This document shows, piece after piece, positions 20,162 through 30,600 of a stretch of 64,000 nucleotides of DNA. The DNA lies in contig CAVOVB010000004.1 in NCBI GenBank assembly GCA_963699755.1, positions 1 through 64,000 on the forward strand, in the 5' to 3' direction. The notes under the pieces are model-generated. The model searched no databases. It was not told the DNA's origin and saw nothing but the letters and a program-made list of their open reading frames with translations. Each line of letters starts with the position of its first letter. Within the stretch, counting starts at the first letter, position 1. The stretch comes from an uncultured delta proteobacterium. Its GTDB lineage: Bacteria; Myxococcota_A; Polyangia; Polyangiales; Houyiibacteriaceae. The translations under genes were made by a program, and so were the position numbers.

Positions 20162-21604
20162 ATGATCAAAGCCCAAGGCCGGACAGACGCGTCGGCAGAG
20201 CAAGGTCGGTACGGTGCGCAGATCTATTGGCAGGAGACCGTGGAGCGGCCTCCTATCAAGGTGCTGGGCGACGACCTGCGCGCGGATGTCGCCATCGTGG
20301 GCGGAGGCTTCACCGGCTTGTGGACCGCCGTGTACCTGAAGCGCGCCGACCCTCAACTCGAGGTCGTCGTGCTCGAGGCCGAGCAGGTCGCCTTTGGCGC
20401 GACCGGTCGGAACACGGGCAACGCCATCACGAAGCTCGACCGCGGCCTCGCACACCTGGAGAGTCGCCTTGGCTTGGAAAGGGCCCGCATCCTCTTCAAC
20501 GCGGTTGCAGGGGCTGTCGATGAAATCGGTCGCGTGTGCGAGGAAGTCGAGATCGACTGCGACTACCGGAAGGCGGGGTGGCTGAACGTCGCGACCAACC
20601 CAGGTCAGGAGCGACGGCTGCGCGTCGATTTCGAGGCGGGCGAGCGCATCGGGATCGAGGGGCTTCGCCTGCTGTCCCGAGACGAGACCTGCGCTCGTGT
20701 GAACTCCCCGACCTATCTCGCCGGTCTCTTCAACCCGGCGTCCGCCGTGGTGAACCCGACGCAGCTCGCGGTGGGGCTCGCTCGCCATGCCAGGGAGCTC
20801 GGGGTTCAGGTTTACGAGGACAGCGCGGTCCGAGGGTGGGAGCGGGCGACCCGCGACGGCGAGCTCGAGACCGAGCACGGCCGCGTGACCGCGCAGCAGA
20901 TCGTGGTCGCCACCAACGCCTGGCGACCGCCATGTGTGCCCCGCGTGGTCATGCCGGTCTACTCCTACATCATCGCGACACCTCCCCTATCCGAGGCGCA
21001 GTGGGAGACTGTGGGCTGGAAGGGTTTCGAGACGGTTCTCGACAAGCGCAACTACTTCCACTACGCCCGGCGCACCGCGGACGGACGCATCCTGTGGGGA
21101 GGAACCGACGCACTCTACCACTTCGGCTCCAAGATCGCGCCCAGGTTCGACAGCCACGGCTCCACCGCGGACCGACTTCGGCGCACGTTTCACGAGACCT
21201 TTCCCCAGCTCGGGGAGATCGGGTTCACCCACGCATGGGGAGGGCCCGTGGCGATCACGGCCAGCTTCCATCCGTGCTTCGGCTCCGTGGCGGGGGGACG
21301 TATCCACTACGGCGTGGGCTATTGCGGCCATGGCGTGGCCGTCGCAAACCTCGGCGGGCGGATCTTGAGGGACCTCGTGCTCCACCGCAACACGGAAGAA
21401 ACCAATCTCCCCCTGGTGGGCGACAAGGCCTACCGCATGCCTAACGAGCCCTTGCGGTGGTTTGGAGCAAGAGTGACAAGGTCCTCGATGAGGAAGCAGG
21501 ACCGGAGCCTGGACCGCGGTCGCGGCGTCGAGCAAAGCACGCGAGACCCCTTCCCCTTGAGGGCCCTGGACGGGCTTTCGGGTCACGGCAAGAAGCCCCG
21601 CTGA
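20162..21604 (+). CDS. FAD-dependent oxidoreductase (DAO/PuuB family)
   Basis: DVAIVGGGFTGL, FGATGRNTG, GYCGHGVA. Confidence 0.9.
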   Translation: MIKAQGRTDASAEQGRYGAQIYWQETVERPPIKVLGDDLRADVAIVGGGFTGLWTAVYLKRADPQLEVVVLEAEQVAFGATGRNTGNAITKLDRGLAHLESRLGLERARILFNAVAGAVDEIGRVCEEVEIDCDYRKAGWLNVATNPGQERRLRVDFEAGERIGIEGLRLLSRDETCARVNSPTYLAGLFNPASAVVNPTQLAVGLARHARELGVQVYEDSAVRGWERATRDGELETEHGRVTAQQIVVATNAWRPPCVPRVVMPVYSYIIATPPLSEAQWETVGWKGFETVLDKRNYFHYARRTADGRILWGGTDALYHFGSKIAPRFDSHGSTADRLRRTFHETFPQLGEIGFTHAWGGPVAITASFHPCFGSVAGGRIHYGVGYCGHGVAVANLGGRILRDLVLHRNTEETNLPLVGDKAYRMPNEPLRWFGARVTRSSMRKQDRSLDRGRGVEQSTRDPFPLRALDGLSGHGKKPR

Positions 21605-21653
21605 AGAAAAGCCTCTTGGCCCATTGCGTCCATTTCTCGAGGCGTCGAACCCA

Positions 21654-21777
21654 ACTCCCACAATTTCTCCCACACACCACGAAACAACCAGAAACGGCAC
21701 GCAACACCCGGGAACATGTTCCCCTTTGTTTTGCGGGGATTCCTCAATAATCCTAAGCCGTCAGTTTGCGTAGGGGA
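21654..21777. repeat. att-like arm plus core, copy 3
   Basis: ACTCCCACAATTTCTCCCACACACCACGAAACAACCAGAAACGGCACGCAACACCCGGGAAC...GTTTGCGTAGGGGA. Confidence 0.9.
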
Positions 21778-22342
21778 CCTTTCCCTTGAGTGCGCCGCTC
21801 TGAATGCTGCCGGGCAGGTTGGTGGCTTTGGCGATGCCGAAGTCGGCGAGCTTGATCTCGCCGGCATTGCTGAGGAGCACGTTCGAAGGGGAGACGTCGC
21901 GGTGGATGATGCCCGCGGCGACGCCGTGCTCGTCCGCGGTGTGCGCGAAGTCGAGCGCCGCGCCGAGCGCGTGTGCGAGATAAGACGTCAATCCTGGGTC
22001 GAGCGATTCGCCACGCCTGCGCAGGTGACGCAGGAGCGCTCGAAGGTCAGCGCCTTCGATCAGCTCGAGGGTGAGATAGTGAGCGCCGTCGGTGATGCCG
22101 AAGTCGAGCACCCGTGCGATGTGCCCGTGATGCAGGAGCGCGGACATGCGCGCTTCGCGAAGGAACATCTCGACGAAGTCGGCGTCACCCGCGAAGGTCG
22201 GCAGGATCCGCTTGAGGCAGACCCGCTGCTCGAAGCCGCCAGGGCCGCGACGAATCGCGACGAACGTCTCCGCCATACCGCCGACGCCAAGCCGCTCGCG
22301 TAGCTCGTAGTCACCAAAGCGTTCGGGGGTCTTGGGAGGCAT
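21761..22342 (-). pseudogene. 5' half of the Ser/Thr protein kinase, copy 2 (truncated before APE)
   Basis: 193 aa, nearly identical to 5898-6479; ends KGKVPY-AN* at the same position. Confidence 0.92.
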
Positions 22343-22548
22343 GAAGGGAACACGATATCACAAAGCAAAGGGAGCTCCCGGGGCCGAGGTCACCGAAGTG
22401 CTTCTTCGAGCGCGTCGAGGCGCAGCTCGACTTCAGATAGCCACGGACGAGGCGGATCGGGAACCGCGTTCATTCCATTGCGCCGAAGGATCGACTCCAC
22501 TACCTCTGATCAGTTTTGACTAACCAAGAGTTGTTCGTGGCATCCCGG

Positions 22549-22827
22549 CTACCCTCCGGCCACTGCGGGAATGATCGAAATAATCGCGCCGTTCCCCGCC
22601 GGAGTATTCAGCCCATCCATGAACCGGGCACTGGTCTCGCCGACGAACAGATTGACGAAAGGCCGGATGTCACCCTACGGCGTGAGAATGCGGGCGGCCA
22701 GCCCGGGATGACGCTTTTCGACTGTCGACAGCGCATGCCCTAGCGTGTCGGCATCGACGCTGATCTCAGCAGCCCCGCTGGTGAAGGGTTGCAGGGCGGT
22801 TGGAATACGTACGGCCACTCGATTCAA
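22549..22827 (-). pseudogene. MoaD/ThiS-family sulfur carrier with an internal TAG (22675-22677)
   Basis: Manual translation: VAVRIPTALQPFTSG...ILTP*GDIRPFVNLFV...ISIIPAVAGG* with C-terminal GG. Confidence 0.85.
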
Positions 22828-22840
22828 TCGCCATCTCCGG

Positions 22841-23450
22841 TCAACGCTCTACGATGGCAACGACCGGCCGATCAGTGGTGCGGATCGAGGTCAGTATGAC
22901 CTTGTCAAAACGCCCGGTCTCCCCCAGCCCAATGCGGGCGGCCTCACGCGCCAGTCCTGCCTTCTCTGCATCATCAACCATGTTGATGACGGGTATCACC
23001 GCACAGCCCGCGGAACCTTTGAGCAGTCCTGTATCGGTCACCAGCAGGCGCGCCAGGTGCTGCGGCTCCGCCACCGCACCAATCTGCAATCCGGTCACGG
23101 CAGTGATGTGTTGCAGGCGATGTGCAAGGCCTGGGCGGACGACATGCACAGGAGCGTGCTGCAGCCTGGCGGAAATACCGGTTCATCGTCTTTCGGGGCC
23201 TTGATGACGCGCATGCGTGCGCCATCTGCCTTGACGAAGGTGGCCTCGCGCCCTGTGCGGGCATGCAATCGTGAGACCAGCTCGGCCGCGATCCCGCTGT
23301 AGCGTCCGGGCTTGTCGGAAGGCGCAGCAAGACCGATCCGATCCACCTCGATGAGGGATGCGAGCCGGGCTCGCAGCCGGGACTCCTCGGCAATTACGGA
23401 GGTCAGCCTCAGGTCGTCGGGGAAACGCCCCGTGAACACCGTTGCCGTGA
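22841..23450 (-). pseudogene. yqeC: YqeC-like selenium-dependent molybdenum hydroxylase accessory protein, frameshifted and 5'-truncated
   Basis: FVKADGARMRVIKAPKDDEPV and GLLKG..VINMVD in two frames. Confidence 0.7.
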
Positions 23451-23479
23451 GCGCTACGGGGCCGGGTGCCGGGCGAGGA

Positions 23480-24600
23480 GATTGTAGAGTGTGCTCTTCT
23501 TACCTCCGGTACCGACGGCGCAAATCACGCCGCGACGCGCCCGGAACAAGTCGCGTATTTCGTCGTCGGTCATGTCGTCAGTGCCAGCACGCTCGAGATG
23601 GGTGGCAGAAAACCGGCGGCCAACTGCCGGTTGTCACCGGCGTCGCTGCTGGCGAACAGGTGCCCGCCGTTGGTCCGGAAATACACTGCGCAGGATGGGC
23701 CGCCCGGGTATCCATCGCCTCCCTCAGTACCCCCAAATAGGCATGCTGCTGCGGCAGGCCGGCGCTCCGTTCGGCCCAGCCCAACTCGCCCCTCCGTGGT
23801 CAGTGCGGTAGACGCGCAACCGGCCGTCGACCGTCGCACGCATGTGTGAGTTCGACATCGGGAGGCGAAACAGCACATCCGCGTCGGCGGCATAGGTTGC
23901 GATGGCGAAACCATAGTCACTCGGTACGTCGCCGGTGATCTCCAGCCAGGAGCGCGCACCGTCCTCGCTCCGATACACGCCGCTGTAACACTGACGGTAC
24001 AGGCGCCCGCCCGGATGTAGGATCAACCGATGCACGTTGTGGCCGGCTTCCGACTCATCGCGCGGAATGTTCTCGGCCCGCACGCCCTAGTTGGCAGCGT
24101 GCCAGATGAGCCCGCCGTCGTTGCTGCGATAGACGCCACCGGCAGACACCGGAGCAAACATGTTCTGCGCATCGGCTGCGTCGAAGCACACAAAGTGCAC
24201 GGCGAAGATGCCCTTGGAAGGCTCCCAGAAACGATTGGTCGGATGACCGTTGAGCGCCTTTACCGCTTGCCAGCTATCACCGTCATTCTCTGAGACGAAC
24301 AACCCAGCAGAATCGATACCGGCATACAAACGCCGGCCGTCTGGCGTCATGGCCAGGTACCAGATGGCTTTTGGGCTTTCGTCGAATCGACCCGATGCAT
24401 GATGGGGCGAAGAACCGAGCGGCTTCCAGCTCGTCCCGCCATCTTCGCTGGCATAGACATGGGCGCCCCAGACATTGTGATTGGCGGCGGCGTAGAATCG
24501 CCCGGGCTGTGTCGGATGTACACAGACATGCGCGGTCTCATGGCCTTCGATCTGCGGGAGCCCGATGTCCCACTCCGTGTGCGCCACGTCGGTCTGAACC
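23480..24600 (-). pseudogene. BNR/Asp-box beta-propeller (sialidase-like) protein, disrupted
   Basis: Repeated S.DGG.SW Asp-boxes; in-frame TAG at 24087 plus frameshifts. Confidence 0.78.
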
Positions 24601-25718
24601 CGGATGAAACAGTTCGCCTGGGTCATTGAACTCAGTATACCAGAGCCATGGGCGCTGTTTTCGCAACGACGTGCTGCCCCGTTCGTCACGCGACAGAACG
24701 CCGCGCAGGAACTCGCTGCGCCCCGCCTTGCTCTTGAGCGTCGCCGTGGAGGTGGCGCGGATCAGGACCGGCACCTGCGGCCCAATGCCGCTGAGCTTAA
24801 GAATCGCCGGCCGCACCAGCTGGTAGAAGGTAGCCATGACCGACACCGGGTTACCGGCTAGCCCCAAGTACAGCGCGTCGCCCAGTGTGCCGAACACCCT
24901 GGGCCGCCCAGGTTTGAGGTGTAACGACCAGAAATCGATCCGGCCCATGCGCTGGAAATCTCCACGAGGCAATCGGCCGCGCCCACCGACACACCACCGG
25001 AGGTCAAGACCAGGTCGGCACTCTCAGCGGCGTGCCGCAAGCCTGCTTCGAGCTCATCGGGGCGACTACGGATGACGCCGAGATCCACGATCTCCGTACC
25101 CGGTCGTTGCAACATCGCGAATAAGGTGTAGCGATTGCTGTCGTAGATCTGGCCCAGCTGTCTCGGCGCGCCGACCTCAGCGACGCCAATGGATGCCAGT
25201 AGGCCGATGCGCGCAGGCTGCATGCACACCGGCTGACAACGCGACATCGCCAGCTCGGATGTCCTCACCGGCCAGGCGCAGATTGGCGCCGTGGGCAGGC
25301 ACCGCCACGACCAGCACTCGTTCGTGGTCGGCGCTGACGTGTTCCTGCATGACCACGCTGTCGGCACCGTCAGGGACCGGCGCGCCGGTCATGATGCGCA
25401 CACATTCGCCTTCGCCGACTCGTCTGTCAGAAGGCCGGCCCGCGAATGCAGCGCCGATTAGCGTCAGCTCGAATGGTCCCGCTTTCGGAGCGTCAGCGCT
25501 GCGGAGGGCGTAACCGTCCATCGCCGAATTGTCGTGCGCAGGCAGGTTGATCGTCGAGCGCACGTCGTTTGCCAGGACCCGACCGTGTGCTTGACGCGAA
25601 TTGGCAGGCGTTCAGAACCGGACACCGGTGTGACCGCTGCTCGCATACGACCGAGCGCCTCGCTCAACGGCACCGCCGGGCCGTCATGGCCGCAACCCCC
25701 TTTCTCTCTAGTCGTCAT
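24600..25718 (-). pseudogene. moeA: Molybdopterin molybdenumtransferase MoeA, multiply frameshifted
   Basis: DNSAMDGYA, RIMTGAPVPDGADSVVMQE, IYDSN, TSGGVSVG, KPGRP, LAGNPVS, GSGILSSMTQANCFI in several frames. Confidence 0.88.
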
Positions 25719-26326
25719 TCGGTGACATTCCGCTGCTTCATTCGCGCTTCGAGCAGGTCGCGGTCCTCACGCCGGTTGATATTCAGGAAATTGTCGGGGT
25801 CGTCGCTGAAATCTACGAGCACCATTTCTTGCTGCCCGTACCAGCGGTCGATCTTGCGTCCGCCTGATTCCAGGAAGGCGTCGAGATCCTCCAGGAGGCT
25901 GCGGCGGAGCAAGGCAAATACGGGCTGAATACGCTCGCCGTCATGCGCCACGGCAATATCGATGCACTCGTCATCCGCGCGAGCCGATGCCAGACGGCTT
26001 ATGCAGTCAGCCGCCAAAAGCGGTGAATCACACGGCACGATGGCAACCCAGTCGGTCCGTGCGACCGCCAAGCCGCTCGCGATTCCGGCGAGAGGCCCTA
26101 GAAAATCCGTGCTGGCGTCGCTCACCACCGGCACGCCGAAGGCGCGGTACCTGTCGAGATTCCGATTCGCGTTGATCACGACGTGCTCGACCTGTGGCTC
26201 GAGGGCATCCAAGACGTGGCCGATCATGGGCCGGCCGCACACTTCGATGAGGCCCTTGTCGCGCCCGCCCCACCGGGTCGCTCGACCACCCGCCAGCACG
26301 ACTCCGGTAATGCCCCGCCGGCTCAT
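25715..26326 (-). CDS. mobA: Molybdenum cofactor guanylyltransferase
   Basis: VVLAGGRATRWGGRDKG, GPLAGI, VPCDSP, FLNIN. Confidence 0.93.
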   Translation of the reverse strand: MSRRGITGVVLAGGRATRWGGRDKGLIEVCGRPMIGHVLDALEPQVEHVVINANRNLDRYRAFGVPVVSDASTDFLGPLAGIASGLAVARTDWVAIVPCDSPLLAADCISRLASARADDECIDIAVAHDGERIQPVFALLRRSLLEDLDAFLESGGRKIDRWYGQQEMVLVDFSDDPDNFLNINRREDRDLLEARMKQRNVTE

Positions 26327-27186
26327 TCCAGCCTACTCGGCGGAGACTCCCACCAGTCGGGGAAAAACAGCTGTTGGTCATCCACGCGGTAAGCGGCGAT
26401 CAGCTGCTGGCCGTGGTCGGGGGTCAACCAGTCGATGAACTGCTGCCCCTCTTCCGCCTTGACGTGAGAATACTTCTCGGTGCTCACGGGAATCAACGAA
26501 TAAGGATTCAGAAGCTTCTCATCGCCTTCGACCAGGATCTCGAGGTTGCGTTTGTTTCCGAACTTGACCCAAGTGGCTCGGTCCGACAACGAATACCCGT
26601 CGAGCTCACTCGCGATATTCAGCGTGGCACCCTGACCTGCACCCGACTCGCAATACCAATCGGCATCGTCCTCTCCGGGTTCAGAGCCGAGCGCTGCCCA
26701 AAAGCTGAGCTCTCGCTTGTGCGTTCCGCTGTCATCGCCTCGGGAAACGAGGGTCGCGCGCTCGGATCGTATTCGATTGAAGGCGGCCACGGGATCGGTG
26801 CAGCCCTTGATGCCCGCCGGATCCGATGCCGGCCCAACAATCACCAAATCATTGTGCATGAGGGGGGCACGCTCGACGCCGTAGCCTTCGCCGACGAAAC
26901 GCTCCTCCGAAGCCCGGTGATGGACCAAGAACACATCTGGGTCACCCATCATCGCGATCCGTATTGCCTGCCCTGTGCCCAGCGCAACGACGCGCACGTC
27001 GATGCCGGTCCTACTCTTGAAGATGGGCAACAGATAAGCGAAGAGCCCTGAGTTTTCGGTCGACGTCGTCGATGCGACGGTAATCGACCTCTCCTCCGCC
27101 GAAGATAGGAACACCAAAGACCCGAGCGCTCCCGAAACGACGAGCACCGCCAGGGCCGCAACCATCTTCTTCTGGGTGTCCAGCAT
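26323..27186 (-). CDS. tupA: Tungstate ABC transporter substrate-binding protein
   Basis: STTSTENSGL, GTGQA, SRGDDSGTH. Confidence 0.85.
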   Translation of the reverse strand: MLDTQKKMVAALAVLVVSGALGSLVFLSSAEERSITVASTTSTENSGLFAYLLPIFKSRTGIDVRVVALGTGQAIRIAMMGDPDVFLVHHRASEERFVGEGYGVERAPLMHNDLVIVGPASDPAGIKGCTDPVAAFNRIRSERATLVSRGDDSGTHKRELSFWAALGSEPGEDDADWYCESGAGQGATLNIASELDGYSLSDRATWVKFGNKRNLEILVEGDEKLLNPYSLIPVSTEKYSHVKAEEGQQFIDWLTPDHGQQLIAAYRVDDQQLFFPDWWESPPSRLE

Positions 27187-27580
27187 TCTTGCTCCACCAG
27201 TTCTCCTGCAATGAAACGCGCTGCCAGCGGATTCGACGGACCACGCATGAACACCTCTGCGGGCGCGTGCTCCAACAGCTGACCATAATTGAAGAATAGC
27301 ACGTCGTCCGCGAGGCGCTGAGCGTGCGCGATGTTGTGTGTCGCCACAATGGTTTTCCTTCCCGTTGCGGCGAATGAACGGATCAGGTCCTCGACCCGGC
27401 GTGTCGCGCCCGGGTCGAGATTCGCGGTGGGTTCGTCGAGCAGCAGTGCCTCGGGATTTCTTGCCCAAGCGCGCGCAACGGTCAGGCTTTGTTGCTCCCC
27501 GCCCGAAAGCTTGCGTGCGGGCATGTCGGCCACGTCAGCCAGACCGGCCCATTCGAGCGACTCCTCGATGACGCGGGCGC
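27180..27580 (-). pseudogene. tupC: Tungstate ABC transporter ATPase, 3' fragment
   Basis: LSGGEQQ, LLLDEPTANLD and H-loop present; Walker A missing. Confidence 0.72.
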
Positions 27581-27582
27581 GC

Positions 27583-28020
27583 TCAGACAGCGCGCCGACT
27601 CGAGCCGCCTCCCATGGTGACGACGGTGGCGCTAATAGCGACCGCGATGAGCACGAGGATTATGCCGAGCCCGAGCGCCATCCGCAGATCTCCCTTGCTG
27701 GTTTTCAGTGCAACGGTGGTGGCCATCACGCGGGTGCTATGTACGATGTTTCCAACCACGATGATGACGGCGCCAACCTCGGCTATTGCCCGCCCGAATC
27801 CTGCGAGGATCTCGGTCAGCAGGCGTGTTCGGCCGTCCCAGAACAACGTCGTGATCTTCTGCCAAGTCCCGGCGCCGAGAGACCGCAGGTATTCATCGTA
27901 CTCTTCATGGAGATCGAAAACGGTCTGCCGGGTGAGCGCGGCGACGATGGGGAGCACCAGCACGCACTGGGCAATGATCAGGGCGGTGGGCTTGGACAAC
28001 AGCCCGCTGACGCCAAGCGG
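27583..28020 (-). pseudogene. tupB: Tungstate ABC transporter permease, 5'-truncated
   Basis: ALIIAQ..LPI, GFGRAIAEVGAVIIVVGNI..TRVMAT..KGD. Confidence 0.78.
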
Positions 28021-28494
28021 TGCGGTGCGAGCCAGGCGAGAAGTCCATCTCTGTGGCTTGCATGCACTGCGCCGACGCGCCTTGCGCGGCGGTCTGCCCA
28101 GTACACTGCTTCTACACCACCAGCGACCGCATCGTGTTGCACGACAAGGAAATTGCATCGGCTGCGGCTGTTGCTTCTATGCTTGTCCGTTCGGTGCGCC
28201 GCAGTTCCCGAAAGAGGAGCCTTTGCGGTGCGTGGCAAGATGGACAAATGCACGTTCTGCGCAGGCAGGCCCGAGAAAGACCGATCCGGGGCGGAGTTCG
28301 AGAAGTACTGCCGGAGCCGTACCTCCGAGGGCAAGCTGCCGTTGTGCGCGGAGATGTGTGCCACCGAAGCGCGGCTGGCAGGCGATGGCGACGTAGTCGC
28401 GGACATCTTCCAGGAACGCACCATGAAGCGAAGCCCCCGGCCCGACACATGGGGCTGGGACGTGGCCTACAAAGACGGCACTCATGACATCTAA
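28020..28494 (+). pseudogene. Formate dehydrogenase 4Fe-4S beta subunit fragment
   Basis: CMHCADAPCAAVCP, CIGCGCCFYACPFGAPQF and KMDKCTFCAG..PLCAEMC split over three frames. Confidence 0.82.
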
Positions 28495-29040
28495 GCGTCG
28501 AAGGCTGAGATGGCTGGGTATTTTCCTCGGAGGGTTCATCTTCCTGACGGCTACGGTATCCCTTTCTGTCTTGTTCGCCGGCTCGTCCGTCGAGGCGGAC
28601 AAGGGCGATGAGCGGAAGGCAAACGAGGCTCCCATAAATCCCCGCGCCGAATACTGGAGAGAGGTGCGCCATGGCACACAGGGCTACTCAGCGGTCGCGG
28701 GCCCCGAAGCCAACGTGCTATCGAAGATGGCGGGGAGACCTGGCGCAAGCTCCGCAACTGACCCGCCTCGACCATCGCTGCCTGCCTGATGGCCGCGGTA
28801 CTGTTGGGCGTGGGCCTTCTGATTGGACGGTACCTGCTCATGCCCTTGGTGGGCAAAGAAGCCTTCGGGGCCGTCGCATCCTTTTCAAAGCCGGCGCACG
28901 ACTACGCCTCCCCCTTCTTCATTGCCTTCCTGATCCTTACGCTGGTCGCGTGGATAAAATACAACTTCTTCAAATCCCACGATTTGGAGTGGTTCAATAA
29001 GGTCGGCGGCTATCTGACGCGTGAACGATGCATTGCCAAC
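28484..29040 (+). pseudogene. Formate dehydrogenase gamma (cytochrome b) subunit fragments
   Basis: NPRAEYWREVRHG..GPEANVL and GRYLLMPLVGKEAF..HDY..DLEWFNKVGGYL, with internal deletions. Confidence 0.65.
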
Positions 29041-29208
29041 TGGTGCTCGACACGGCGCATGTGCTATTTGGCGAGCTTGGGGTCGTCAGGTCGTTTCGCT
29101 CGGTGTCCCCGACGGCCGCTGCGACCTTGCTGGGCTCTCAGCACAACGAAAGATCGGCGACGCTAACGTTATTCTCGATTTCTTTGAGACGGTCATGGGT
29201 TTTTTGCG

Positions 29209-30153
29209 GTGCGACGCTACCTCCTTCACATTGGTCTGATCCTGGCGGTCTTGGCTACGCCGCCCGCGTTCGCGCAGAGGTTCGTGCTGCCCGCGGCGCA
29301 GGACGAGCTCATCGGCGCGCTGATCAGCGTTCCTGCCTCGCGGGATGAAACGCTGTTGGACATCGCCCGCCGCTACGATCTGGGACAGGACGAAATCGTG
29401 CTGGCCAACCCTTCCGTGGATCGCTGGCTACCGGCGGACGGCGCGGAGGTCACACTACCGACGGCTTACATTTTGCCGCGCGCCGAACGGACGGGCCTCG
29501 TGCTCAATGTGCCCGAGATGCGGCTCTACTATTATCCGCCGAGGATCCCCGGCCGGGTCAGGGTGGTGCATACCTACCCGGTGAGCATCGGGCGTATGGA
29601 CTGGTCGACGCCCCTCGGGAAGACCGAGATTGTCGAAAAGACAAAGAACCCGACGTGGCGGCCACCAGAGTCGGTCAAGGCCGAGCATGCCAGCGACGGT
29701 GAAATATTGCCGGAAGTCGTTCCGCCCGGACCTGAGAACCCGCTCGGCAAATTCGCTTTGCGGCTAGGTCTGCCCGGCTATCTGATTCACGGCACGAACA
29801 AGCCCTACGGCGTGGGGATGCGCGTGACGCATGGTTGCGTGCGCATGTATCCAGAAGACATCGAGTCGCTGTATGCGATGGTATCGGTGGGCACGCGCGT
29901 GGCGATCGTCGATCAGCCCATCAAGTTGGGCTGGCTCGGCGAGCTGCTGTACGTGGAAATCCATCCGCCGCTAGAGAAGCAAGAGCCCGAGCGCCGATTG
30001 AAGGCGTCGTTGCTCGACCTGCTCCGAACCGAATCGGAAAAACGCCGATTCGTGCTCGACGACGCTGCCCTAGGCAGCGCACTAGAGCTGCAAAACGGGA
30101 TACCGACGCCGATCGGCCGAATCGACGCGGCGAGAACCGTCGCGGACCCCTGA
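29209..30153 (+). CDS. L,D-transpeptidase (ErfK/SrfK type, LysM + YkuD)
   Basis: Signal peptide, TLLDIARRYDLG, VPPGPENPLG, YLIHGT..GMRVTHGCVR. Confidence 0.92.
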   Translation: MRRYLLHIGLILAVLATPPAFAQRFVLPAAQDELIGALISVPASRDETLLDIARRYDLGQDEIVLANPSVDRWLPADGAEVTLPTAYILPRAERTGLVLNVPEMRLYYYPPRIPGRVRVVHTYPVSIGRMDWSTPLGKTEIVEKTKNPTWRPPESVKAEHASDGEILPEVVPPGPENPLGKFALRLGLPGYLIHGTNKPYGVGMRVTHGCVRMYPEDIESLYAMVSVGTRVAIVDQPIKLGWLGELLYVEIHPPLEKQEPERRLKASLLDLLRTESEKRRFVLDDAALGSALELQNGIPTPIGRIDAARTVADP

Positions 30154-30198
30154 CGAGAAGTCCGGGGCCGTCGCGACGATTGCTCGACCTGCTCAACT

Positions 30199-30504
30199 CT
30201 ACTTGTACATCGACTTCTTGAACATCCGGTCCACTTTGGAGTCGGTTGCCTGCGCCATCGCCTTCGCCTCATCTGCGCTGGCCTTCGCGTCGTCCGCAGT
30301 GGCCTTCGCATCGGCTGCCGCGCTGCTGGCCGCTTGCGCCTCCTGTTTCGCCTCGTCCGCGCTGGTCTTGGCATCATTGGCCACCGCTCTCACGTCATTG
30401 AGATCGGCGCGGAGCTGGTCGATATCGGACGTGGCGCATCCAGACAGAGCGGCAACACTCAACACACCGGCTGCCACGAATCGAATCACTGATTCACTTT
30501 GCAT
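30199..30504 (-). CDS. Lpp/OprI-family alanine-zipper lipoprotein
   Basis: Lipobox LSG-C, Ala-rich coiled coil, ends KVDRMFKKSMYK (C-terminal Lys). Confidence 0.88.
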   Translation of the reverse strand: MQSESVIRFVAAGVLSVAALSGCATSDIDQLRADLNDVRAVANDAKTSADEAKQEAQAASSAAADAKATADDAKASADEAKAMAQATDSKVDRMFKKSMYK

Positions 30505-30600
30505 GACTCACAACCTCTCATGTTCGAATTCAAGGGGCAAAGTCCCCGCATCGCAGGGGCAAGTATATCTCCGCATTTCTCGCCGACAACTGCCGTTCGA

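Noticed and set aside
21635..21656. GGGTTCGACGCC on the minus strand, resembling a tRNA T-loop next to the arm
   Set aside because: No cloverleaf or CCA end; absent from the other copies.
5791..21777. The three ~120-bp repeats as a CRISPR array or IS terminal repeats
   Set aside because: Too long, kilobases apart and in direct orientation, with no cas genes, transposase or target duplications.
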